DNA of 64,000 bases from the human T2T-CHM13v2.0 reference genome, Homo sapiens. Positions 1 to 14,562 of this stretch are shown piece by piece (within the stretch, counting starts at the first letter, position 1; every line of letters begins with the position of its first letter). The stretch covers positions 14,240,001 to 14,304,000 of the forward strand of contig CP086569.2 of NCBI GenBank assembly GCA_009914755.4, in the 5' to 3' direction. The notes beneath the pieces were generated by a model. The model saw only the letters and a list, made by a program, of their open reading frames with translations. It did not search any database and was not told where the DNA came from. The translations under genes were made by a program, and so were the position numbers.

Positions 1-460
1 TGGGGGCATCGCACTACCTGACTTCAAACTATACTACCAGGCTACAGTAATGAAAGCACAGTACCGGTACCAAAACAGATATATAGACCAATGAAACAAA
101 ACAGAGGCCTCAGAAAAAACACCACGCATCTACAACCATCTGATCTTTGACACCCTGTCAAAAACAAGCAATGGGGAAGGTATTCCCTATTTAATAAATG
201 GTGTTGGAAAAACTGGCTAGCCATATGGAGCAAACAGAAACTGTACCCCTTCCTTACACCTTATACAAAAATTAACTCAAGATGGATTAAAACTTAAATG
301 TAAAACCTAAAACCATAAAAACCCTAGAAGAAAAACTAGGCAATACCTTTCAGGACACAGGCATGGGCAAAGACTTCATGACTAAAACATCAAAAGCAAA
401 TGCAACAAAAGCCAAAATTGACAAATGGGATCTAATTAAACTAAACAGCTTTTGCATAGC
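1..460 (+). mobile_element. LINE-1 (L1PA-like) ORF2 3' portion, upstream part; interrupted at ~460 by a solo LTR
   Basis: Translation [31 protein letters not shown] matches L1 ORF2 ([31 protein letters not shown]); [19 protein letters not shown] segment further 5'. Confidence 0.8.
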
Positions 461-1006
461 TGTTGGGGAAAGGCTTATGGAGTGCCTGTATAAACTGGCC
501 ATAAAAATATGGGACAATAAGTTGTGGAAAGCCATAAAAGGGCTCTGAGGAGGAAAGCTTTCTTATCACCATTATGTTCCCATGCTCTAAGCAAGACCTG
601 CTCTCTTACCTAGAAACAGTGTGTTAAAGGAGAAAGACACTCCTTTGAAGCACTGGAATGTGGCTGGACATGCAGCCTCCTAGTTCAGCCTGCTCCCACC
701 AGCCGCTCTTCAGTAAGTTAAAGATATGCTGATTGAGCACAAAAGAGATTCACTTAAACTGCCACTGCTATAAGATTATGTGTATGACGCACTGCCTCCC
801 TTTCACCGTTTCGCCCTGAACGTCTGCTTCTTAGATCTAAGTGATTGTACTCAACAGTGTGGAGACCAGAGCTCTAAGCCTTTGCAGCCTCCACATTTTG
901 CACTGGCCCCCTGGCTCCCACCTTTATGAACTCTTGTCTCTTCTCATTTCTTTGTCACCATTGAACTTCAGGTACCCACGGGTGGTGATGAGGCTGGACC
1001 CCAACA
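461..1006. mobile_element. Solo LTR (family not identified) inserted into the L1; starts TGTTGGGG and ends CCCCAACA (TG...CA with 8-bp terminal inverted repeat)
   Basis: L1 consensus resumes right after it (cagcaaaagaaactatc...). Insert is 546 bp with LTR-type TG/CA termini. Possible 4-bp TSD cagc/tagc. Confidence 0.45.
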
Positions 1007-1008
1007 CG

Positions 1009-2063
1009 CAGCAAAAGAAACTATCATCGGACCGAACAGGCAACCTACAGAATGAGAGAAAATTTCTGCCATCTTTCCATCTGACCAAGGTCTAACATCC
1101 AGAGACTACAAGGAACGTAAACTCATTTACAAGAAAGAACAGCCTCATCAAAATGTGGACAAAAGGTATGAACACTTCTCACAACGAACTTAAAACAAAT
1201 TTGTAAGAAAAAACCAAAAAGCTCCATCAAAATTGGGCAAAGGGTATGAACAGAAACTTCTCTAAAGAAGATATTCATGCTGCCAACAAACATGAAAAGC
1301 AGCTCATCATCACTGGTCATTAGAGAAACGCACATCAAAACCACAATGAGATACCATATCACAACAGTAGGAATGATGATCATTAAGAAGTCAGGAACAA
1401 CAGATGCTGGCGAGGCTGTGGAGAAATAGTATGCTTTTACACTGTTAGTGGGAATGTAAACTAGTTCAACCATTGTGGAAGACAGTGTGGCGATTCCTCA
1501 AGGATCTAGAACCAGAAATACCATTTGACCAAGCCATTCTATTACTAGGTATATACCCAAAGGATTATAAGTCATTCTACTATAAAGACACATGCACATA
1601 TTATTGCAGGGCTATTTACAATAGCAAAGACTTGGAAGCAACTCAAATGCCCATCAGTGATAGACTGGATAAAGAAAATGTGGCACATATACACCATGGA
1701 ATACTATGCAGCCATAAAAAGCATGAGTTCATGTCCTTTGTGGAGACACGGATGAAGCCTGAAGCCATCATTCTCAGCAAACTAACACAGGAACAGAAAA
1801 CAAACACCGCATTGTTTACACTCCTAAGTGGGAGTTGAACAATGAGAACACATGCATATAGGGAGGGTAACATTACACACCAGGGCCTGTCAAAGGCTGG
1901 GGGCAAGGGGAGGCAGAGCATTAGGACAAATACCTAATGCATGCAGGACTTAAAACCTAGATTACAGGTTGATATGTGAGGCAAACCACCATGGCACATG
2001 TGTACCTATGTAACAAACCTGCACATTCTGCACATGTATACTAGAACTTAAAGAAAAAAAAAA
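1009..2063 (+). mobile_element. LINE-1 (L1PA-like) ORF2 C-terminus + 3'UTR + poly(A), continuation of element at 1-460
   Basis: ORF 1473-1838 translates to L1 ORF2 C-terminus (LQPLWKTVWRFLKDLEPEIPFDQAI..IYTMEYYAAIKS..FMSFV). A-rich tail at ~2050-2063. Confidence 0.85.
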
Positions 2064-2266
2064 CAACCCACAACTTTCAACATAATAAATTTCCTTATGA
2101 CAAATTTAAACATATAAAACAACAAAAAAAATTGTTGTTTTATATGAGTGACTCTATAAATCTTTTGAGCATGTTACATTTCTTAACATATCACATCACA
2201 TTTTATTTGTCTCATCTGGCCAGTAGTTGACCATTTTCATTTTGTGAAGAATTTTCCCACACTAAC

Positions 2267-3039
2267 CTGCATGCTTTCAGAACTTCTGTTGAACTGGGGC
2301 ATATAGACACTGACATTGATGGTAAGATCTGAGAAGTAGATCTGTGGCTAGCTAAAGGCAGGTCTACTTTTGTAGAGCTCTGTGACTTCCCCAGCCCCTC
2401 TCCATTGACTGTGTGTAATCCACTGTGAGGACTGTTAAGGCTGGTAACACTGTTTATGCTTCTCTGCTCAGTGGATTTAGGAGAAGGTGTTGCTGTGGAA
2501 ATGGCTGAAGAGGGTGAAGAGGCAACAGAATGATCAGTCTTTGTATGAACAGCTGGGTGAATATTATTCACTTTGTCACAGGTTCCAGTACCCACATTGC
2601 CATTGGCTTTTCCAATCAACAAAGCAGAGAGCTGAGGATTGTCTGCAATTAATAAATTTGGTGAATCTCCATGGTTAGGACTGGAAACAGCATCTGCTAT
2701 CAACTGATGAACATGATTAGAAAGTCCCTTGACATCAGCACAGCCATTAGATGTGTCTCCAGTATGCCTGCTTGTTTCAGGCACCAAGGATCTATTTTTT
2801 GAAGGCTTGCTCTCTTTGGTAAACATAATGCCTTGTTGTCCACCTGAGGTAGCAGTATGACAGGAGAGGTGACTGTCAGCATCCCCCTGTGGTACTGAAT
2901 TACTAGGCAGAGTGAGATGTTCATTCGCCTTCTTAATACCAGTGCTAGTTGCCTGGTGATACTGGGCTGACCCAGTGGAAAACAGAGGTTGTTCTTCATT
3001 AGGTCCTGACAAACATGAACTCTGACTTTTATGAAGCCC
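2267..3039 (-). CDS. UTY: UTY coding exon (773 nt, phase 0 start, ends with split AG|): [29 protein letters not shown]...[13 protein letters not shown](R)
   Basis: Long minus-strand open frame homologous to the KDM6A Ser/Thr-rich exon ([23 protein letters not shown]...KACR). Acceptor ttttttttttag|GGGCTT at 3040-3041, donor AG|gttagt at 2265-2266. The ORF-track M is a TTG, so this is an internal exon. Confidence 0.85.
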
Positions 3040-3059
3040 CTAAAAAAAAAAAATTGAAA

Positions 3060-5356
<2,297 letters not shown>

Positions 5357-5401
5357 ACAAATGTTAATCCTATCTACAGAGCACCTTCACAGAACATTGA
5401 G

Positions 5402-5916
5402 TGAAGAAGGAATCAACTATAACCTAATAGTAGTAGTAATGGAAACTTTAAAATCCTCTTGAAGTTGCTGCAAAGTGTGACCCCCACCTCACGCTCAAGT
5501 TAAAAGAGAACATTTAAAGCCTGTCTTCTCTTTGTGATCAGTGGACCTTATCTATACTCCCCAACTCCACATTCCTCAAAGTTTATTACAGGCCCAGCAA
5601 GTTCCTGCTTACTTCCCTAGCACGGCTGCAGGGTCTTGTGGCTGCAGGGTCACAAGACCAGTAAGTTTAGGCTGCAAGATATGTTTTTCTCAAGATGTAA
5701 GAAATGTTGTAATGCTTGATTAACAGCGTTAGCTTCTCACTTCTGTAACTTGCTTCCCGCATCACACAGTTCCTGCCTTTAGATGTTTAAAGGTAGGAAA
5801 AACCCTTTGTTTGGGGCTCAGGCTTTTTGGACATATGTCTGGCTGAGCCAGTGATAACCTTAATAGACTGTCTCGAACCTTTTTTGGTCTCTCCAGTCTT
5901 TGATTGTCCTGAAACA
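5402..5916 (+). repeat. HERV 5' LTR (TGAAGAAGG...TGAAACA); carries a ~15-bp internal tandem duplication absent from the 3' LTR
   Basis: Aligns to 13747-14562 over its whole length (excluding the Alu in the 3' copy). ggctgcagggtcttgtggctgcagggtcacaag vs single gcttcagggtcacaag in the 3' LTR. Confidence 0.85.
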
Positions 5917-5920
5917 GTTC

Positions 5921-5938
5921 TGGGGGCTTTGTCTGGGA
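5921..5938 (+). promoter_or_regulatory. Primer-binding site, tRNA-Pro-like (TGGGGGCTTTGTCTGGGA)
   Basis: 4 nt downstream of the LTR-terminal CA. 15/18 match to the canonical Pro PBS TGGGGGCTCGTCCGGGAT. Confidence 0.6.
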
Positions 5939-6635
5939 TTGGAGATGGCAGATTTTCTATCTCCTTTGCCAGTGGGCTAGAGCCCTGGGGTCCTTAGCAC
6001 CACCAGGAGAGTTTCAGCCCAGAAGGAGAATGGCCCTCCCATATTCCAGAGACTTCCCCTGACAGCACAAATGGAACAGGTAGAAAGTGTTGCAGGACAG
6101 TCACGGAAGCAGTGCACAGACATCTAAACCGTGCTAAGGATTGGGCCATAAGGCAAGACCTGTCCCATAAGGATGGAAAGGCAGCCGGATTACCTCCCAG
6201 GGCGTGATGACTAGTCTGACCCAAGGGGGCTGGGAACATCAGGAGAGGCTCCACTGACCCAGATGAAACTCACGCCCTAACTGATACCAGATGTGGGTGG
6301 AGCTCACAAGTTGGTCAGAAAGGAAAACTGTTTCAGGAATGCGGGAGGTGTGTGAAAGTGTGTGAAAGAGACGGTCTCGGGAGAGACCAACACAGGGCGT
6401 GATGTGGTGAAGCACAGATCTGTTAGCAGGGACTGTGTGCTCTGAGGCAAGTGTGAGAAAAACCAGACCTAGGACACTGCATATGGCCCATAGGACCAGT
6501 TCCACGGCTGCAGTGAGCTGTGACAGGAATTAAGGTACGCTCCTGGCTAAGCAGTGTCCAAACCTCCCATAATAGGATCTGGACTGGTGGATGCAAAAGT
6601 GAAAGCGTGCTGTGAGTGGGGAAGTGGGAGGAAAA

Positions 6636-8345
6636 ATGTCAAAGCCTACTCCACTGGAGTGCATGCTGAAAAACTTTAAAAAAGGTTTTAATGGTGATTA
6701 TAGGGTTAAACTAACTCCACAGAAACAGAGAACCCTTTGTGAGATAGATTGGCCGTCTTTTAATGTAGGGTGGCCAGCCAAAGGGACAACAGACAGGGAA
6801 ATAATTGGCTGAGTGTTCTGGGTAGTCATGGGGCTGGAGAACAGCCTGGGTACCCGGATCAGTTTTCGTATATCAACTCCTGGCTAAGTGTAATTCAAAG
6901 TCACACTAAGTGGCTGCAGGCCTGCTTTGGGACCTATTGTAAGACTCTAATGGCCCGGACAAAACCAGGAACCACAGGAAGAGACCGCAAGGCATCAGAA
7001 AAAGAAAAGGAGTCACAGGAAAAGCAGAAAAAACCTGTCCTACAGGCCCCAAATGAAAAGTTAGAAAGTCCACCCCCCCATGCACCAATTTATCCATCCC
7101 TGGCAAAGAGGGCTTAGACAGGAAGGATGCTGCCCTGGCCGCCTCCGGAGATTCAGACTCAGAAGAAAGCACTCCTCAGACAACACCACACAGAGAGGAA
7201 CCACAGTCCTTGCCTGAAAAGCCAAGGGAGAAACTCCAGGGGGATGAGGTAGGCCACCTTAGGTCAGGTCATGCCCAAGCAATGCAGACACCCCTTCAAG
7301 AAACACGGGGACAAATTTATTTAACTGCACAGAATGAAGTCCAAGGGGGCGAACAGCTCTTCGTTTATCAGCCCTTCTCTACTACTGATCTCTTAAATTG
7401 GAGACAACCTACTCCTTCCTATACAAAGAAGCCTCAGGCTCTTATAGATCTAATGCAGTCTATTTTCCTAACTTACAATCCTACCTGGGATGATTGCAAA
7501 CTTCTTCTGTCATTATTTAATACAGAAGAGCGCCGTAGTTATACAAGCCGCTCTCCAGTGGCTGGAGAACAATGCGACCGCAGGCACAGGAGATATCAGG
7601 CTGTATGCATAAGCACTCCCGATAGAGGCTGACCCAGACTGAGACCCTAACCAGGCTCAAGGGCTACAAAGTTTGCAACGGTATTGAAAGACACTCCTAA
7701 ATGGAATAAAGGCTGAAGGGGAAAAGGCCACCAATATCAAAAAGGTCTCAGAGGTCCTCCAGAGCCAGATGAAAGTCCCAGTGAATTTTATGAGAGGCTC
7801 TGCAAGGCTCAGCAACTTTACACGCCATTTGACCCAGAGGCTTCAGGTAATCAGTGTATGGTTAATGCAGCATTTTTAAGTCAGGCACGAGGAGACGTAA
7901 AGCAAAAGCTTCAGAAGTTAGGTTTTGAAGGCATGAATATTATCCAGCTTATCCAAGTGGCTACTAAGGTGTTTCTAAATCAGGATGAGGAGGCCAAGAG
8001 AAAAGCTAGATGCAGAGCTAAGGAAAAGGTAGACTTGATGGCGGTGGTCTTAGTTGGAGGAGAAACTAATTTTGTGAGAGGACATGGCTGTGGTGGAGGA
8101 CAAGCAAGGCAAAACCAGGAAGCTAAGCCAGGACAAGAGGGCTGACCTACGCTTGAGAGAGATCAATGTGCGAGAGGCAAGCAGATGGTACACTGGAGAA
8201 TGAATACCCAGAAAGAGAAAAGTATAAAGGCAACAATCAGGGACAAAATGGCTGGCCAGAACCCCCTGCTGACGGTCAAGGGGTTCACAAGTCAGACACG
8301 GATTTAATTAGACTGGCAGGAATCAATGATTATTATGAGAACTGA
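6636..8345 (+). pseudogene. HERV gag remnant (MA-p12-CA-NC) with frameshifts; terminates at TGA 8343-8345 in frame with pro
   Basis: ATG at 6636 (MSKPTPLECMLKNFKKGFNG..WPSFNVGWP). PPPHAPIYP proline-rich (late-domain-like) segment ~7060-7090. CA major-homology-like region 7858-8145. Degenerate Cys-His box DQCARGKQMVHW ~8165. Confidence 0.75.
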
Positions 8346-8760
8346 GACAGACCACGCTCCATTTCATTAGGCCCTGAGGAACCTACGGTCTCAATGGAGG
8401 TAGGGGGCAGGAAAATGCACTTTGTAGTCGATACTGGTGTGGAGCATTCGGTAGGAACTCAAGCAGTTGGACCACTGTCTAAAAATTATGTCAATATAAA
8501 TGGGGCTGCAGGAGTAACAGAAAAGAGGCCTTACTTCAAATCTAAAAGATGTGTGACTGGAGGACAGGAAGTCCAAAATGAATTTTTATATTTGCCAAAT
8601 AGTCTGGTGCCCTTGTTAGGAAGAGACTTGCTCCAGAAATTGCAAGCACAAATCTCCTTTACCCGAGAAGGGGACATGACTTTAAACCTAGGTCAAAGAA
8701 AAGCCATGATAATGACCCTTACCATCCCCACAACAGAGGAATGGAGACTACGAGAGATGC
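8346..8760 (+). pseudogene. HERV protease region (aspartyl protease motif VDTG), read in frame after the gag UGA
   Basis: DRPRSISLGPEEPTVSMEVGGRKMHFVVDTGVEHSV...PLLGRDLLQKLQAQISF parallels the MLV gag-stop/pro junction. Confidence 0.75.
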
Positions 8761-11700
8761 AAAATTTGTAAAGATGCATTTTGCAAGTGGGAAAATGAGG
8801 CAATGTATAAGGAATTATTTATCAGGCTGCCAGGGGTGTGGGCAGAAGACAATCCCCAGAGCTAGCCATAAATCAGGACCCCACAGTGGTGGAACTGCTG
8901 CGGGACACCAGTGCGAATCGGTCAGCATCCCATCCTAGCAAAGCCACCCATGGGATTACAAAGGATACAGTTCAGCTCCTTAAATCTGGATAATAGAAAG
9001 ATGTGCCTCTTCTTGAAACACTCCATTACTACTGGTGTTAAAGCCCTCTGGAGATTACCAGACGGTACGGGATTTGCAGGCCATATATAAACTTGCAGCT
9101 ACATCACATGCCATTGTGCCCAACCCATACACACTGCTTGGGCGAATTCCTGCTGACACTGCTTGGTTTATGTGCTCAGATATAAAGGATGAATTCTTCT
9201 GCATCTGACTAGCTCCTGAAAGCCAGGGCATCTTTGCCTTTGAGTGGGGCTCATCACAGTATACTTGGACCAAACTCCCCCAAGGATTTAAAAACTCCCC
9301 AACCATTTTTGAGGACACACTTGTCTCAGACCTGAAGGCTTTCATGCCACGAAGTGGCCGCTGTGTCCTGTTGCAGTACATAGATGATTTATGCACCTAC
9401 AAAAGAGTGCTTTCAAGGTACAGAAAAGCCTCCTTGATGTTCTGTGGGAGGCTGGCTATAAGGTCTCTAAGGAAAAGGCACAAATCTGTGGCCAAAGAGC
9501 AAGGTATCTTGGCTTTAACCTCTCTCAAGGGCAGCTTGAGTGTGGACGTGGGCGAAAAGAGACTGTTTGTAGCATTCCTTGACCTGACGCTAGACAAGTG
9601 TGGAAGTTTAAACGGGCAGCTGGTTTCTGTCGCATTTGGATTCCATGTTACTTGCTCTTAGCAAAACCACTGTATGAGGCTACCAAAGTGGCGGAAAACA
9701 ACCCCTCCTGTGGGGAAAAGAGCAGGACATGGCCTTCAAGGAAATCAAGAAGGCTTTGATCCACGCCCTGGCATTAGGACTGCCAGACATGACAAAGCCT
9801 TTTTACGTGTATATCTATGAAAGAAAAGGAATATCTATAAGAGTCTTGGTACAAACACTAGGGTCATGGTATTGGCCCGTGGCATGTTTGTCCCAGCGAC
9901 TAGACTTGGTGGCTATGGGATGGCCTCCCTGTTTCAAGGCAGTGGCAGCCACTGCCCTGTTAGCAGAAGATGCTAACAAGCTCACATTTGGACAGAGGTT
10001 GATAATTCAGGTGCCCCATACGATCGTCACCCTGATGGGGCAGAGGGGGCATGGCTGGCTTTCTAACCCTAGGATGTTAAGATATCAAGAACTTTTGTGT
10101 GGAAACCCCTACATAATCCTGGTGACTCTGAATACTCTAGATCCACGCACACTGCTGCCAAAAGAGTGGGCAGAGCACAGAAAGCCCCCGTTGTGTTGCC
10201 CAGGTTATCACTGTTGTGTGGAAATGGTAGATGAGGTTTTCTCAAGCCAAAAAGACTTAAAGGACCAGCACTTAAAAAATCCAGATGTGGAATACTTTAC
10301 TGATATGATACTTCAGATATGAAGCAGCTTCAGATATGAAGCAGATATGATACTTCAGATATGAAGTAGCTTCATATCTGAAGGTGTCAGAAGGGCTAGA
10401 TATACGGTGAGGCATTGAATCTAGTGGCTGAAGCCTGCCCTCTGCTGGTCGGAACTTCAGCCCAAAGAGTTGAGCTAACAGCCCTCACTAGAGCATCGCT
10501 CGTGGCCAAAGGAAAGTCAGTAAACATCTATACTGACCCAAGGTGTGCTTTTGCCATTTTGCATTCCCATGGAGCCATATGTAAGGAAAGAGGATTATTA
10601 ACTACTGAAGGAAAGGAAGTCAAAAATAAAAGGGAAATAGAGTTGCTCTTAGAAGCTGCTCTGAAAGAGCTCCAAAAGAAGTAGCAGTCATCCATTGCAA
10701 AGGGCATCAAATGGCAGGAGGTGATGAGGCTAGAGGAAACAGGAAGGCAGACAGAGAAGCCAAAAGAGTTGCAATGATGGAGGTAACTAAGAAGGAAGGG
10801 CAAACCCTTACCATGCCCTTACTAGAGCTTCCCCTTACAGAACCCGCTAACTACTCCTCTAATGAAAAGACCTGGTTTGAGCAGGAGAGTGGAAGTTAAC
10901 AGAAAGGTTGGTGAAAGTTCTCAGATGGGAGGCTTGTCATCCCAGAAGCAATAGCCACCCAGTTCATAAAGCAGTTTCATCAAGGAACACATATGGGAAA
11001 AACCGCATTAGAGACTCTTGTTGGATGGCATTTCTATGTTCTGCGCCTAACTGCCATCACTTGAGCCATTTGTGAGCAATGTTGAACTTGTACCCAAAAT
11101 AATCCATGGCAGGGGCCAACATGGCCCCCAGGGATTCAAGAAACTGGACTACACCCTGTGAAAACCTGCCTGTGGACTTTATCGAGCTGCCTCAAGTTGG
11201 AGGCTGCCGGTACATGCTAGTGTTTGTCTGCACTTTCTCAAGGTGGGTCAAGGCATTTCCCACCAGGACAGAGAAAGCTCGGGAAGTAACCAGGATCTTA
11301 CTAAAGGGGATTATTCCTAGATTTGGACTGCCTCTAACTTTAGAATCAGACAATGGCCCAGCATTTGTAGCAGATAGTACAACAACTAACAGATGTTAAA
11401 AATCAAATGGAATCTGCATACAACTTATTGCCCACCGAGTTCTGTAAAAGTTGAAAGAATGAAGGAGACACTCAAACAGCTGTTAAAGGTTTTGCCAGGA
11501 AACTTATCTAAGGTGAAATCAGGAGCTGCCCATGGTCCTTCTGTGAGTCAGAGGCACCCTACTAAATTAACTGGGTATTCACCCTATGAGATGGTGTTTG
11601 GCTCACCACCCACAATCATAACTCAGATAAAAGGGGATTTAAAAGAAATTGGGGAATTAACCTTAAGAAGGCAAATGCAAGCCTTAGGTGAGGCCATGCA

Positions 11701-11975
11701 GGAAATACAAAGGTGGGTAAGAGAAAGAATACCTGTTAGTCTCATAGATGCAGTACATCCCTTCCAACCTGGAAACTCTGTCTGGGTCAAACAATGGAAC
11801 CCAACCACGTTAGGGCCTTTATGGGATGGTCCCCATATTGTGATCTTGTCTACCCCCACTGCTGTTGTTGCAGGTATCACACCTTGGGTTCATCACAGCC
11901 AGCTGAAACCAGCAGCGACCACAACTCAGGACCCGCGGCCAGTCAACAAAACCCAGACTACCCAAAACAGTTGAT
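8760..11975 (+). pseudogene. HERV pol remnant (RT with YIDD, RNase H, integrase), multiple stops/frameshifts
   Basis: PNPYTLLGRIPADTAWFMCSDIKDEFFCI, IFAFEWGS..LPQGFKNSPTIFE, LLQYIDDL, intact 197-aa segment 9729-10322 (RT thumb/connection), RNase H 10415-10899, IN core 11106-11399 and C-term 11393-11974. Confidence 0.85.
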
Positions 11976-12213
11976 CCTGCGGCAAAACTATGCCACTGCT
12001 GACAAGGATAACTGCCCTGCTCTGACCATACCGGAGGCTGGTCAGTCCAAGCACAGCTGAACCTTAGGGAAACACTGAGCCCTGCTCTAGTCAGACAACT
12101 GGAAGCTGACTAGTCTATGCATGGCTGAAGCCTGAGGAAGTCAATAATAGATAAGTAAATGTGGACTGAATTTACAAGCATAATTAAATTCTTGTACTGA
12201 TTATTTTACTGTC

Positions 12214-13664
12214 ATGTTATCTTTGCAAATGCTGCCAAGCTTTTTGCCCAGAAGGGTGCCCATGCACAGTATAAGTTTAATCATATTGGTAATACTGAAG
12301 TCACTGACACTTTCACCTATGGTTATAAAAGGGGACCAAGATGACTGTCATCACTGTATGATAGAAGCCTGGTCCAGAAAAGGTATGACTAAAACTATGT
12401 TATACCAGACCTACTATGAGTGGACAGGGACTCATACAGGAACTTGTGTCTATAACCAGACTAGTTGGTCTGTGATCGTGGAAACAGGCAGCCCCAAGTA
12501 TGTAATGACCCAGAGTTCGTGCCCTATGACTTTTGGTTTGAAGTCCAAACTGGCAAACCCCTAATGCCATCATATATAAACCCCACAGAAATCAGGGTCA
12601 GTAAACCTGTAAACAAAAAAGAAGTATTCCCTCACTCGCATAAAGGCCCTGTCTCCATACATTTTGATGCCTGCCAAGCTTCACATCTCAGTAAACTAAA
12701 TACTATTGGGACCATCCGTAAAAATCTAGGACAAGAAAGAGTCAGCAGCAGAGCTACCAAGGCTGTAACAGGAAAATCCAAAAAGGAGTGCCCTGATTGT
12801 GATAATCAGTGGACCACACATGAATTTATCAGCACCTATACACAGGAAGGGTTGCTCTATTTGCCAGCCAAGAGGTGAAGATAGGGTGCACAACTGGAAC
12901 TTGCAACCCACTCAATCTGACAATACTAAAGCCAAATATGCCTTTCTGGACTAAAGGGCCTAAAGGGCTACTAATCTTTGATCAGGAAAGAGCACTCCTA
13001 GGACTTCGTATTCCTCTGGTCATTACCAGGAAAACCCAAAGGACCCAAGTTCAAGTTAGCCCAATGCAACACTTTAGGTTTTATACATCTTTCAATGAAC
13101 ACTTTAATCCTGAAGTATCAAAAAATCAAATTCCTCCTATATCAGCTGAAAACCTGTTTGCCCAGCTAGCCGAAAGTACTGCTAACAATTTAAGAGTTAC
13201 TGTATGTTATATATGTGGAGGTACCAATATGGGAGCCTAAGAATTGATGCCACAAGAAAATTTTACCTTACCTGAATTTGTTACAAATTCAATGCAAATC
13301 CAAGTGTTTGGCTGTTAAGGAACCCCATCACTGGAAAATACTGCATCACCCATTGGGACAAGGCCTTTCAGAACCAGGGAGGGGCAACGACTTGCCTAGG
13401 TCAACAATATCTTGCAAAATCCGAAAACAGAACACAATGGGAAGCTTTATAGACAATTCCTCTGTGTCAGACTTTAATCCCTTTTGCAGTTCCCAACACT
13501 ATATCAATCATGTTACCACCGTAATAAGTGGATGCCTACTTATTCCTTGTCTCCTGCCACTTCTCATCAGAAGCATCCAATCCACCACAGAAGCCAACGG
13601 TACACAGACATACCATCACCTGAATAATGGCTCTGCAAAAGTACCAACCGGTATCCCAAGATAA
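12214..13664 (+). pseudogene. HERV env remnant (signal peptide + SU; TM region apparently truncated/degenerate)
   Basis: Start MLSLQMLPSFLPRRVPMHSISLIILVILKS (hydrophobic leader). Successive overlapping frames 12214-12564, 12465-12878, 12875-13240, 13278-13664. No clear fusion peptide/CX6CC seen. Confidence 0.55.
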
Positions 13665-13732
13665 GTATGTACCCACTCAAGAAGAAATAGCTAATTGTGG
13701 TGCACTTTACTAATCTACATTTGTGTGGGACA

Positions 13733-13746
13733 CCAAAGGGGGGAAA
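13733..13746 (+). promoter_or_regulatory. Polypurine tract (caccAAAGGGGGGAAA) immediately 5' of the 3' LTR
   Basis: Purine run directly abutting TGAAGAAGG, the LTR start. Confidence 0.65.

Positions 13747-14562
<816 letters not shown>

Noticed and set aside
1473-1838. 121-aa plus-strand ORF
   Set aside because: It is the C-terminal fragment of L1 ORF2 (..IYTMEYYAAIK..), part of a truncated, inactive L1.
2212-3012. 266-aa minus-strand ORF that looks like an independent Ser/Thr-rich protein gene
   Set aside because: It is an internal UTY exon. The ORF-track start is a TTG, the true exon begins at an AG acceptor at 3040-3041 and ends at a GT donor at 2265-2266. The sequence is homologous to the KDM6A linker exon.
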